From: an uncultured Candidatus Saccharibacteria bacterium
GTDB taxonomy: Bacteria > Patescibacteriota > Saccharimonadia > Saccharimonadales > CAZARM01
Length of the DNA stretch: 64,000 nt
Assembly: GCA_964487615.1 (NCBI GenBank)
Contig: CAZARM010000001.1
Coordinates: forward strand, 32,226 to 96,225
Direction of reading: 5' to 3'
Under the pieces are notes generated by a model. The model was not told the DNA's origin, did not search any database, and saw only the letters and a program-made list of their open reading frames with translations. A program made the position numbers and the translations under genes. Each line of letters starts with the position of its first letter. Position 1 is the stretch's first letter. Of this stretch, positions 47,356 to 56,617 are shown piece after piece.

Positions 47356-47404
47356 GTGGCGGAGGTCAGGTCGTTCCGATTTTTCGGTACAACCCCCTCC
47401 GCCA
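47356..47404 (+). terminator. Stem-loop terminator-like structure after the GC-rich ORF (GTGGCGGAGG ... CCTCCGCCAC, 10-bp stem, internal mini-hairpin CCGAttttTCGG)
   Basis: Read directly. No clean T-run. Confidence 0.4.
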
Positions 47405-47478
47405 CCCTAAACCCTCTACTCTGTCACTTCACCATAGGAACTAAACTTTAGTCCCTGCGGTGAGGTACAATAATCACT

Positions 47479-47976
47479 ATGGCTAACTTCTCTTTTGATA
47501 TTGTTTCTGAGTACGACAAGGCGGAGATGAACAATGTTTTTGACCAGACCCGCCGGGAAATGGACAACCGTTATGATTTTAAAGGCACCCCGGCAGAAAT
47601 TGATTGGCTCGGCGATGATAAGTCCGGGTTCAAAGTAACGGGCAGTGGTGATTGGCAGATAGACGCAATTCTGGACATTGTCCGCAAAAAGCTAGCCTCC
47701 CGCAACCAAAGCCAAAAAGTATTAGATACCTCTAAAGAATCTGTGGTCAGCAATATGAAGACCACTAAAGAAGTACTGTTCAAACAGGGCTTAAGCCAAG
47801 ACAACGCCAAAAAGATCACCGCACTAATTCGCGATAATGTTCCAAAGGTCAAAACCCAGATCCAGGGAGACGCAGTCCGCGCCACCAGCGGCAGCAAAGA
47901 CGACCTTCAAGCAGTCATGCACTTGTTACAGTCCAAAGACTTCGATTTCCCCCTAAGCTTCACTAACTACCGCTAA
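47479..47976 (+). CDS. yajQ: YajQ-family (UPF0234) nucleotide/cyclic-di-GMP-binding protein
   Basis: Strong similarity along the whole length to the E. coli YajQ pattern (SFDIVSE.D..E..N...Q..RE...RYDFKG ... QIQGD.VR.TS.S.DDLQAVM...Q.DF..PL.F.NYR). Confidence 0.85.
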   Translation: MANFSFDIVSEYDKAEMNNVFDQTRREMDNRYDFKGTPAEIDWLGDDKSGFKVTGSGDWQIDAILDIVRKKLASRNQSQKVLDTSKESVVSNMKTTKEVLFKQGLSQDNAKKITALIRDNVPKVKTQIQGDAVRATSGSKDDLQAVMHLLQSKDFDFPLSFTNYR

Positions 47977-47990
47977 TAAGCTCAAGAGTT

Positions 47991-49355
47991 TTGGGCTATA
48001 CTTGGTGCTATATGGATGAACAGGCCGTTGATGAGATTCAGGCTAAGCCGACGGATGTGCTTGAAGTAGCTAAGGGCGTACTGGAAATGAACGACGAAGG
48101 TACGCACACTACACCGACTAATAGTGGGTTGTACCCGCACCAGTGGCTATGGGACAGTTGCTTTGTAGCGATTGGCCTCCGGCACTTGGATATTGACCGA
48201 GCCAAGACCGAGATTTTGAGTTTGCTTCATGGCCAGTGGGCCAACGGTATGATGCCAAATATGATTCTTAGTACACACAGACATCACCGGGACAGTAATC
48301 TCTGGCGTAGCTGGCTGAACCCCAATGCCCCAGACCATGTCAGTACCAGCGGCATAACGCAGCCGCCAATGCTTGCAGAAGCGGTAGTGCGCGTGGGCGA
48401 AAAACTGAACAAAACCGAGCGTCGGACTTGGTATAAATCGGTATTCCCGGCGCTACTGGCTTACCACGAATGGCTGTACCGTGAGCGCGATCCTCACTCC
48501 GAAGGGCTAACACTACAGATCCATCCATGGGAAACGGGAATGGACAATACACCGCCCTGGATGAGTGAGCTACACGACCACCAGTTAGCTTGGTGGATCA
48601 CGGTTGTCGATAAGCTGAGGCTAGGTCATATATTTAAAGTCTTTCGCCGAGACAAGGTAATCCCAGCCGAACAGCGGTTGGGAACGATTGAGGCATTAGC
48701 GCTCTATAGCACGCAGCGCCGCTTGCGCCGCAAGAACTATGACATTAGCCGAATTTTGTCACACTCCTTGTTTGCCATTGAAGATGTAAACTTCAACTCT
48801 ATCCTGATACGGGCCAATCATCACGTCCGGGACATTGCCAAGTTTCTGCGCAAAGAGTTACCTGAAGAATTAGACGATAGCATGCACAAGACCGAAAAAG
48901 CTCTGGAGCAGCTATGGGATCCCTATTCTAATCAGTACTACTCCCGGGAATTTGTGTCTCACCGCTTACTCAAAACACCGTCCCTGGGAACACTAATGCC
49001 ACTCTACGCCGGCAGCATCACCAAGGAGCGGGCAGGCGTGCTAGTCAAGCTACTGGAGGACGCCAACCAGTTCGGCAGCCACTATCCAGTCCCAACTGTG
49101 CCAATTAATTCAGAGTGGTTTAAGCCAACCGGCTACTGGCAAGGGCCGACTTGGGTCAACACCAACTGGATGATCATCGATGGGCTGAAACGCTATGGTT
49201 TTGCTGACCACGCGGCAGCGCTAGCAGAAACGACTCTGGAATTAGTTGAACGGTCTGGTTGTAGTGAGTACTTCAGTCCGCTTGACGGATCACCCGCCGG
49301 CGCTCCCAACTTCAGCTGGACCGCCGCTCTGAGCATAGATTTGTTATCGAAATAA
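47991..49355 (+). CDS. Six-hairpin glycoside hydrolase (GH63/MGH-like; putative glucosyl-/mannosyl-glycerate or similar hydrolase)
   Basis: YPHQWLWDSCF and GYWQGPTWVNTNWM motifs typical of the (alpha/alpha)6 GH63/GH37-like catalytic domain. Alternative start ATG 48012. Confidence 0.6.
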   Translation: MGYTWCYMDEQAVDEIQAKPTDVLEVAKGVLEMNDEGTHTTPTNSGLYPHQWLWDSCFVAIGLRHLDIDRAKTEILSLLHGQWANGMMPNMILSTHRHHRDSNLWRSWLNPNAPDHVSTSGITQPPMLAEAVVRVGEKLNKTERRTWYKSVFPALLAYHEWLYRERDPHSEGLTLQIHPWETGMDNTPPWMSELHDHQLAWWITVVDKLRLGHIFKVFRRDKVIPAEQRLGTIEALALYSTQRRLRRKNYDISRILSHSLFAIEDVNFNSILIRANHHVRDIAKFLRKELPEELDDSMHKTEKALEQLWDPYSNQYYSREFVSHRLLKTPSLGTLMPLYAGSITKERAGVLVKLLEDANQFGSHYPVPTVPINSEWFKPTGYWQGPTWVNTNWMIIDGLKRYGFADHAAALAETTLELVERSGCSEYFSPLDGSPAGAPNFSWTAALSIDLLSK

Positions 49356-49637
49356 CAGGATGCCCAGGATTATGGCTCCGTCCATACCAAACCACAGAGC
49401 CTGGGTGAGAATCAGCGGTTTAATTTTGTGGACCAGGGCATAGCTTAAGAAGATTATGCCTATCAGGCTGTAGCCTAACCAGGTCGCCAGCGAAAGGCTA
49501 GTGACATCATGTGTGGTATAAATCTTCCAGATTTGTGGCAAGCTGGAGAAAGGATGAATGACAGCGGCTCCTAACATGGCCTTGTCTATCAGCCGATTGG
49601 AAGTTTTCTTGATATGAAGGAGGGGGTGAGTACGCAT
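49344..49637 (-). CDS. SemiSWEET / PQ-loop small sugar transporter (3 TM)
   Basis: 97 aa with three hydrophobic helices and the PQ motif in TM1 (SSLPQIWKIY). Confidence 0.6.
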   Translation of the reverse strand: MRTHPLLHIKKTSNRLIDKAMLGAAVIHPFSSLPQIWKIYTTHDVTSLSLATWLGYSLIGIIFLSYALVHKIKPLILTQALWFGMDGAIILGILLFR

Positions 49638-49642
49638 AAGGA

Positions 49643-50803
49643 CTAGAAGTTGGCGAGCCGGTTGCCCTTGCGCCAGGTCTTAAGGGCTTGTTTATATGGT
49701 TCAAAATTGCGGAAAATCGAGAGGTCAGCTCGACGACGCACCAGCCAACCTCGGTAGCCGCTAATCACGCCTTTTTGAGTCTGCAATACTGCCCAATTTG
49801 GCCCGATCGGAACTACATAGATTGGATGCCAAGCCCGGTAAGTTACTGGCTGCTTGCCGGCCTTTTCGCTTAGTAGATTGCGGGCCACGAACTTGGCATC
49901 ATGAAGCGCTGTTTGCGCCATGCCACTAAAAGGCGTAGCGGCGTTGTCACCCAACACGTATATATCCGTTTGTCCTTGAGCTAACATATACTGATCTACC
50001 TTGACCCGGCCACGTTCCAGCTCAAAGATATCCGGGTGCTCAGCATAAAAACTGACGGCTTTGCTGCCAGCCGTCCACACTATGAGATCAGCACTCAAAT
50101 CATCACCCTCCAGGCACAGTTTGCCTGGTTCGCAGCTATTAACTTTGGTATTTAACTTCAACTTAACACCCAGGTGACGTAAACGGGCTTCGGCCTTCGC
50201 CGAAGCCTTTTCGTGCAACATCGGCAACACCCGTGGAGCACCTTCGACAAGAGTAACTTCCACTTTTACAACCGGCTTGTCTTCACGCTCGGCGATTAAT
50301 TTGGCAAAGTTCTGAAGCTCTCCGGCTAACTCAACACCAGAAGCACCGGCACCGACAACGGCGACTGAAGCTTGCTTGTGATGAGCGCGGAATAGTCTGG
50401 CTAACTCATGGCGCAAGCGGATGGTGCTGGCAATGGTGTCCATGCTTTGGCTGTGCTCATCCATGCCTTTTAGGCCGAAATAATTCACCACGTTGCCCAT
50501 AGCTAGTACCAGCTTGTCGTAGCCATAAACTTCACCCATTTCACTGACCACCCGCTGTTTTAGGGGATCCAGGCCCACGACTTTGTCTAAGACGAGCTCG
50601 ACATTATGAGTATGCTTGAAGATATCGCTCAGTGGTATAACGACTTCAAGCGGCGAGTGCCCCGTGCCAGCCCGATATAACGCACCGTGGTATTCAAAAT
50701 TTGGCCCTTGGGAGATCAGTGTAATTTTAAAGCCTGGCTTGTTAGCCAGCTCTAATGCTGTTTTGACCCCGGCAAAACCGCCGCCCACCACGACAATCTT
50801 CAT
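49643..50803 (-). CDS. ndh: Type II NADH dehydrogenase (NDH-2) / FAD-dependent pyridine nucleotide-disulfide oxidoreductase
   Basis: N-terminal KIVVVGGGFAG and second Rossmann VAVVGAGASGVELAGEL. 386 aa. Confidence 0.8.
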   Translation of the reverse strand: MKIVVVGGGFAGVKTALELANKPGFKITLISQGPNFEYHGALYRAGTGHSPLEVVIPLSDIFKHTHNVELVLDKVVGLDPLKQRVVSEMGEVYGYDKLVLAMGNVVNYFGLKGMDEHSQSMDTIASTIRLRHELARLFRAHHKQASVAVVGAGASGVELAGELQNFAKLIAEREDKPVVKVEVTLVEGAPRVLPMLHEKASAKAEARLRHLGVKLKLNTKVNSCEPGKLCLEGDDLSADLIVWTAGSKAVSFYAEHPDIFELERGRVKVDQYMLAQGQTDIYVLGDNAATPFSGMAQTALHDAKFVARNLLSEKAGKQPVTYRAWHPIYVVPIGPNWAVLQTQKGVISGYRGWLVRRRADLSIFRNFEPYKQALKTWRKGNRLANF

Positions 50804-51861
50804 ACACTATCCTCATCGGTCGGTCGGTCAAGCAACAAGGGCTCAATACCTGCTCCTTGGTCAGCAATTTTGACAATGTCTTTGTCGATCCGTCCCAGTT
50901 CTTTTGATGCACTATTGTAGTGTCCTACCGTGGCGCCTAAACTAACACCGACTTTTTTGAAGTAGCCATCGTAATTAATCAGGTGCCGCGTTAACTGCTC
51001 GATGTTTTTGCGGATGACTTCGGTGTCTTTTTGGATTTCCAAACTGCGCAATTGCTGGACGATAATCTGCAGAGTTGCCGCTAATGTACTGGGTCCTACG
51101 ATGGTGACGTGCTTGTCGACAGCTGCATATTGCATAAGGTCACGTCCGTTAACACCGCCGGCACCAACTTTATTGGCCAGTAAGTCATAGAATATGGCCT
51201 CTGAAGGGATAAACATCAGGGCTTGTTCCAAGGTGCCCTTGCGTGGCTGTACATATTTGGATGTTTCGTCGATGCGCTTTTTGAGGTCTTCTTTGAATAA
51301 TTTCTCTAAAGACACTCGGGTGTCGCCCTTGGCTTCTACTAGTCGGTTGTAATTCTCCAAACTAAATTTGCTGTCAATCGGCAATACTCGGCCGTCAAGC
51401 TTGATCACGGCATCGACAATCAGTCCTTCAGCTAGTTTGTATTGAAGCTCGAATGAGCCCGGTGGTAATAGATTTTGCAAAATTTGCTCTAGGTAAAACT
51501 CGCCCAGGACACCACGCTGTTTAGGGTTGGCCAGTACGTTTTGCAACACTTTGAGTTCTCCTGCGATGTCGCCGACTTGCTGGTTGGTACGCTCTAGGTT
51601 GGTTAGTTTCTGGGTTACGTCCTTGATGATGGTGGCGCTTTCCTTAAACTGGCTAGCCATTTGCTGGTTAGATTTGTCCAAACGCTCAGTCAGATGGCTC
51701 TGTATACCATCTTTCAGCTGATGCACCGATTCAGTCAATGTAGTCAGGTCCTGTTTTAGCATCAGGGCACTGCCGGAATCATTGGTATTGCTGCTTTTGC
51801 GCAAAAACATGAATAACAAAACCGCATTTAGTACCGCCAAGATAATAACTGCAACAATCAT
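50800..51861 (-). CDS. rmuC: DNA recombination protein RmuC
   Basis: N-terminal TM, long coiled coil and C-terminal RmuC nuclease-like region (GVLGEFYLEQIL...FIPSEAIF). Confidence 0.75.
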   Translation of the reverse strand: MIVAVIILAVLNAVLLFMFLRKSSNTNDSGSALMLKQDLTTLTESVHQLKDGIQSHLTERLDKSNQQMASQFKESATIIKDVTQKLTNLERTNQQVGDIAGELKVLQNVLANPKQRGVLGEFYLEQILQNLLPPGSFELQYKLAEGLIVDAVIKLDGRVLPIDSKFSLENYNRLVEAKGDTRVSLEKLFKEDLKKRIDETSKYVQPRKGTLEQALMFIPSEAIFYDLLANKVGAGGVNGRDLMQYAAVDKHVTIVGPSTLAATLQIIVQQLRSLEIQKDTEVIRKNIEQLTRHLINYDGYFKKVGVSLGATVGHYNSASKELGRIDKDIVKIADQGAGIEPLLLDRPTDEDSV

Positions 51862-51894
51862 TAGCTCTATTGTATCGAATCCAAGGAGAGAAGC

Positions 51895-52953
51895 CTACTC
51901 CTGACTGCCAGGACTGTAAGCCAAGAAGCAAGGAGCATTTGCGGGATCACCTTCAATAGTCGTCTGGCCGGCAGGGTCGCAGAGCGGCAAATTGGAGCAG
52001 TCGAGCGGTGTGTTTGTATCTTTTGGCAAGGCATTGCCAAAAAGGTCGTAAGCAATGATCCCTTCTACGTCGTCTTTCAAGCACGACGACGGCTGATAAT
52101 AGGCGCTGTACGTCAGTGCCTGTTCTTTGGTGGCCTGTGGATAGTCATGGTCACTATTACATGGGGTTTCTGCGCAGCTGATTACGGCTGACTCATTATG
52201 AATAAAGTGATGCGCAGCATTGATGCTCAGCCCGACCACGACCACACCCACCACCAGCAATATTGGCTGCAAGCTTAGGAAGCGGCGGCTCTTGCCAGAT
52301 TCGTGCAGTTCGGGGATTAGGTCACTCATGGCGATATAGAGCAAGAACCCGGCGCTCAAGCCAAGCAACACGCCGATGGGCAGATCTTTGGAGCTGCCAA
52401 GAGCAAATGTCAGTACTGCTGCTGCTGTGGTAGCCAGGGCGCTCAGAGCATTGACCAACAGCACCTTGCCGCGACTCATGCCTTTATGAAGTAACAAACC
52501 AAAATCACCAATCTCTTGAGGAATCTCATGTGCCGCCACGGCAATAGTAGTGACGATGCCAGTTGGTACGCTAACTAGAAAGGCCACTGCAATGGCCACG
52601 CCGTCCAGGGCATTATGAATTGTATCTCCAGCAATGATGAGCGCCGTGGTGGGATCCCCTTGCCCTTCGTGCTGATGATGGTGATGAAACCAGTGCAAAA
52701 ACCGCTCGGCAAAGAAAAAAATTATTATACCTAATAGTGTGGACATCAGTAATGTGTCGCTGCTAGCTTGTTCCAACCCATCTTTGAGCAAGTCCAAAAA
52801 GACTGCGGCTAACAACGCACCGGCCGCAAAGGGGGTGGCGTACTGGGCAAGTTTCCTAGCTACTTTCTCGCTGCCAAGCATCAGCACACCGCCAATCAGC
52901 GAAAATAACCCGCCCACCAACGAGAAAAAGATAATATGTCCGTAATTAGCCAT
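51895..52953 (-). CDS. zupT: ZIP-family divalent metal transporter (ZupT-like) with a Cys-rich C-terminal extension of about 95 aa
   Basis: His-rich loop HWFHHHHQHEGQ, HNALDGVAIA and HEIPQEIGDFG ZIP signature helices. The tail holds 8 Cys (CAETPC...CLKDD...CSNLPLCDPAG...CFLAY). Confidence 0.8.
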   Translation of the reverse strand: MANYGHIIFFSLVGGLFSLIGGVLMLGSEKVARKLAQYATPFAAGALLAAVFLDLLKDGLEQASSDTLLMSTLLGIIIFFFAERFLHWFHHHHQHEGQGDPTTALIIAGDTIHNALDGVAIAVAFLVSVPTGIVTTIAVAAHEIPQEIGDFGLLLHKGMSRGKVLLVNALSALATTAAAVLTFALGSSKDLPIGVLLGLSAGFLLYIAMSDLIPELHESGKSRRFLSLQPILLVVGVVVVGLSINAAHHFIHNESAVISCAETPCNSDHDYPQATKEQALTYSAYYQPSSCLKDDVEGIIAYDLFGNALPKDTNTPLDCSNLPLCDPAGQTTIEGDPANAPCFLAYSPGSQE

Positions 52954-53011
52954 TAAAACTCCTACTTACTCAACAGCATAAAGCTAATGAATCCCAAATT
53001 GCAAATCAATT

Positions 53012-53584
53012 CTAAGGCTCAGACCTAATGGGAAATACAGGGTGAAACTGTCGATTCAGGGTTTCTAAGCGCGCGTCAAATGCCTCTACGAGGTCAAAAC
53101 CCAGTGATTCTGCCTGTAAATTAGCGGAGACCAGCAGTAAACGAACAACGTCTTGTATCACAGGTACCCTTTTATCAATTGCTGCTTCGCGCGTTGAGGC
53201 ATGACTTAGATCATCCAGATTACCAGCCAACTTCTCAGTTGCCTCCCAGACAGCTGCTTGGCTTACTGGAGTTTCTCCTACTCTGTTCGCTAATCTAGTT
53301 GCTATTACTTCTTCTCTAGACGCAGGAACTAGATCGTTCGGACTTTGTTGTGTCCAACGTCCTAGTCGCAGTCCGTATCGCACTGTGTCAGGAGCAATAA
53401 ATTTCGGAACTTCCCAAGTGCTTGTAAAATCTCTATGAAACATGCCCTTAACGATGCTTGACAATACGCGATGAGCATTCAATTCGAAGCCGTCATCCTC
53501 ATGCTTCCAGCCACCCTCAATAACATCATAAACATATAGGTTACCGGCCATTTCATCAAGAGCATCAGCGGACATCAATATCAT
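53012..53584 (-). CDS. Hypothetical protein with a possible C-terminal MazG-like NTP pyrophosphohydrolase fold
   Basis: C-terminal VWEATEKLAGNLDDL...IQDVVRLLLVSANLQAESLGFDLVEAFDARLETLNRQ resembles the MazG E-E-x-x-E/D helix pair. Weak. Confidence 0.35.
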   Translation of the reverse strand: MILMSADALDEMAGNLYVYDVIEGGWKHEDDGFELNAHRVLSSIVKGMFHRDFTSTWEVPKFIAPDTVRYGLRLGRWTQQSPNDLVPASREEVIATRLANRVGETPVSQAAVWEATEKLAGNLDDLSHASTREAAIDKRVPVIQDVVRLLLVSANLQAESLGFDLVEAFDARLETLNRQFHPVFPIRSEP

Positions 53585-53629
53585 GAAGCTATCCTAGCCC
53601 ACCCCACCCGCAAAAGGCAAGCATAACCA

Positions 53630-53765
53630 CCTGCTCTCCTCCCGCAATGCAGCCTCGGGGGAGAGAGCCAGACAAAATGTATTCCATTTTGCCCGAGCGT
53701 GAGGAGGGGGTGTCCCCCTCCTCAGTTTTAAAAAGACCCCGGTGCAAAATCCGCCCGGGGTCATC
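53630..53765 (-). terminator. Cluster of three GC-rich hairpins between the PAP2 gene and the downstream ORF. The hairpin nearest PAP2 (GACCCCGG-12nt-CCGGGGTC) is followed by a T-run on the minus strand, which makes it the PAP2 terminator. The middle one is a perfect GAGGAGGGGG-TGT-CCCCCTCCTC.
   Basis: Read directly; coordinates are given in the hunt section. Confidence 0.5.
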
Positions 53766-53802
53766 GGAAGCCTCACACTTCCACTTCAAGCATAAGCGTG
53801 TC

Positions 53803-54519
53803 TTAGGCCTTTTTCAAGACTCTTTTTTGCAGGTTGTTAAGGATGATGAGGCTGCAAACAGCGTAGGCAAAAAGCCCTATGGCAAAGCCGCCAATGACAT
53901 CCAATGGCGCATGAACACCCAAATATATCCGTGACAAAGCAACGGCAATAATTGAGGCCGGAACAGCCCATTTATATTTGGCCGGTGCGTAACATCCGAG
54001 TGTCAGTGCCAGGGCTGTAGCTAACGCAACATGGCCAGACGGAAAACCAGCTCCCCGCACCATAAAATCTCGATAACTGCTGTCCAGCAGCAGTTCTACT
54101 GGCCGTGGCCGACCTACCAGATCCTTAGCCACAATGGCTAACAAATACGCGAGTATGCCTGTTAGCAATAACCGTTGGGCTATACGGTAATGTTTCTTGA
54201 ACAAACAAAAGGCAGCTAGGATTAACAGCATGCTGAAACTACCCGCCTGAGTTATTAGCAGGAATATGGGAGTGAGAGCTTCCGGCCACCCATGAATGAA
54301 GTTGAATACATCTCTTTCCCAGCTTGCCACATGATTATCAGCAGCTAGGATTGCGCTAATCCCGAATAGCGTGATGGCAAAAACTATCTGATATTTTGGG
54401 TTTCCAAGCAGGCGAACTCTCTTAGTTTTACGCGGCATAATCATAACCAGTATACGCCAGGAAGATAGAACCCAGGAGGTAGAATGTAGGGAGTAGGAAA
54501 GCTTCGGCTTATTAGACAT
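53803..54519 (-). CDS. PAP2-family phosphatase (undecaprenyl-diphosphatase/lipid phosphatase type)
   Basis: KDLVGRPRP, PSGH and SRIYLGVHAPLD, the three PAP2 motifs. Start may be internal (ATG 54444 or 54438). Confidence 0.85.
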   Translation of the reverse strand: MSNKPKLSYSLHSTSWVLSSWRILVMIMPRKTKRVRLLGNPKYQIVFAITLFGISAILAADNHVASWERDVFNFIHGWPEALTPIFLLITQAGSFSMLLILAAFCLFKKHYRIAQRLLLTGILAYLLAIVAKDLVGRPRPVELLLDSSYRDFMVRGAGFPSGHVALATALALTLGCYAPAKYKWAVPASIIAVALSRIYLGVHAPLDVIGGFAIGLFAYAVCSLIILNNLQKRVLKKA

Positions 54520-54688
54520 GTAACAACGACCTTCACCCCTCGTATGCTCTGCAGCCTTCTCATATACAGCACTCCATTATGAATTAATTATGCGATCGCA
54601 TAATTAATTCATGGCATGTCTAATATCGATGGTATGCCGTTCAACTTCTGGTCTTTGGATTCTACCGTTAACTCTATTGGTTGTGTTT

Positions 54689-56518
54689 CTACTTTTGACG
54701 TTTGCGTTTGTTCGGGTCGAGCTCGCGCTTGCGCAAGCGCAGATTTTTGGGTGTGACTTCTAGTAGCTCGTCGTTTTCAATAAAGTCTAGGCACTGTTCT
54801 AGGCTGAAGATAACCGGGGGCGTTAGCTGGACCACACCATCACTGGAAGAACTGCGCATGTTTGTCAGGTGCTTTGCTTTGCAGACATTGATCTCCATAT
54901 CTTCTTGGCGTTTGTTCAAGCCCACGACTTGCCCAGCATAGACTTTTTCGGCCGGGCCGACAAAGGTGACACCCCGCTCCTCGGCAGTTTGCAGAGAGTA
55001 TGGGGTGGTTATGCCTGTTTCAAACGCGATCAGCACGCCATTACGCAGTTGTTGCAAGGACGCGCCCATCGGCTGATAACCGACCATGAGACTGTTCATG
55101 ATAATTGTTCCCTTGGTGTTGGTCATCATAATGTTTCGTAGTCCCAGTAGTCCACGAGTTGGTAGCTCATATACCAGCTTGGTGACGCCTTTAGGGCTGG
55201 CAAATTGTTCTTTGAGTGTAGCCCGGCGTTGACCCAACTCCATCTGTACAGTGCCTACATGTTCGGCAGGTACTTCAATGATTAGCTCCTCGACAGGCTC
55301 CTGGGTGATGCCATCTGTTTCTTTAGTCACAACTTGAGGACGTCCTACCTCAAACTCAAAGCCTTCGCGCCGGAGCGTTTCTATTAGCACACTCAAATGA
55401 AGCTCTCCGCGACCGGATACTAAGAAGCCAATGTTTTCCTCTTCTACCCGCAAACCAACATTGGTTTCCAGCTCTTTTTGCAACCGTTCGCCAATTTGGC
55501 GTGAAGTCGTAAACTCACCTTCCAATCCTTTAAACGGACTAGTGTTGGGCCCGACATAGATCTTCAGGGTTGGGGCTTCGACTTCCATGACAGGTAGAGC
55601 CTCAGGAGAGTTAACGTCGGCTAGTGTTTCACCAATCTGGGCATCAGCGATGCCAGTCAGCTGAACGATGTCGCCGGCTACACCCAAACCTACCTCAAAC
55701 TTACTGACACCATGGCTCATGAAGACGTTATCAACTTTGGCTTTGCCCAAGGTCCCGTCTTTTTTGCACAATGCGATCGGGTCACCAGCCTTAATGCTAC
55801 CTCGGGTAATCCGCCCAATGGCGTACTTACCCTTGAAGCTGTCCCAGGCTAGCGCCGTCACTAGCATCTGGAAGGGTTTGTCGCGCTCGATGGTAGGAGC
55901 CGGGATGTCTTTGATAATGGCGTCGAAGATTACGTCTAGATCGGCTTCAGCTTCGATATTACTAGGCGGCTGTAGCCATGCTTTGCCGGTACGTCCAACT
56001 GCGTAGTAGACCGGATAGTGCAGTTGATTTTCATGAACAGCTAATTCCAAGAACAAGTCAGCAACTTCGTTTTCCACTTCTTTGATTCGAGCGCCGGATT
56101 TATCGATTTTGTTAATAATGACGATTGGCTTAAGATCGTTGGCTAGAGCCTTGGTAAGTACAAACTTGGTCTGGGGCATGGGGCCTTCCTGAGCGTCGAT
56201 AATCAGTATGCAACCATCGGCCATGTTGAGTGTCCGCTCTACTTCGCCAGAAAAGTCGGCATGTCCAGGAGTGTCGATAATATTAATTCGGTAGTCACCG
56301 TGTTGCACGGCGGTAACTTTGGCAGTTATGGTAATGCCGCGTTCGCGCTCCTGGTCACCGCTGTCCATGATTAGATCCTGAGTCATTTCAGCCTGATTGT
56401 CCCTAAACGTCTGAGACTGTTTGAGCAGACCATCTACAAGAGTGGTCTTGCCATGATCAACATGAGCAATAATTGCAATGTTACGAATTTTGGATGGGTC
56501 TTGAGTGCGCTCGGCCAT
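54689..56518 (-). CDS. typA: Translational GTPase TypA/BipA
   Basis: AIIAHVDHGKTTLVD G1, DTPGHADF G3 and the EF-G-like domain order. 609 aa. Confidence 0.95.
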   Translation of the reverse strand: MAERTQDPSKIRNIAIIAHVDHGKTTLVDGLLKQSQTFRDNQAEMTQDLIMDSGDQERERGITITAKVTAVQHGDYRINIIDTPGHADFSGEVERTLNMADGCILIIDAQEGPMPQTKFVLTKALANDLKPIVIINKIDKSGARIKEVENEVADLFLELAVHENQLHYPVYYAVGRTGKAWLQPPSNIEAEADLDVIFDAIIKDIPAPTIERDKPFQMLVTALAWDSFKGKYAIGRITRGSIKAGDPIALCKKDGTLGKAKVDNVFMSHGVSKFEVGLGVAGDIVQLTGIADAQIGETLADVNSPEALPVMEVEAPTLKIYVGPNTSPFKGLEGEFTTSRQIGERLQKELETNVGLRVEEENIGFLVSGRGELHLSVLIETLRREGFEFEVGRPQVVTKETDGITQEPVEELIIEVPAEHVGTVQMELGQRRATLKEQFASPKGVTKLVYELPTRGLLGLRNIMMTNTKGTIIMNSLMVGYQPMGASLQQLRNGVLIAFETGITTPYSLQTAEERGVTFVGPAEKVYAGQVVGLNKRQEDMEINVCKAKHLTNMRSSSSDGVVQLTPPVIFSLEQCLDFIENDELLEVTPKNLRLRKRELDPNKRKRQK

Positions 56519-56617
56519 AAAAATTCAAAAGCGCCCTTTTATCATATAGGCGCTTCTTCCTATCTGTTGGATTATAACATAAGCGTGAATTTTCCACAAG
56601 AGCTAGAGAACCGTGGT

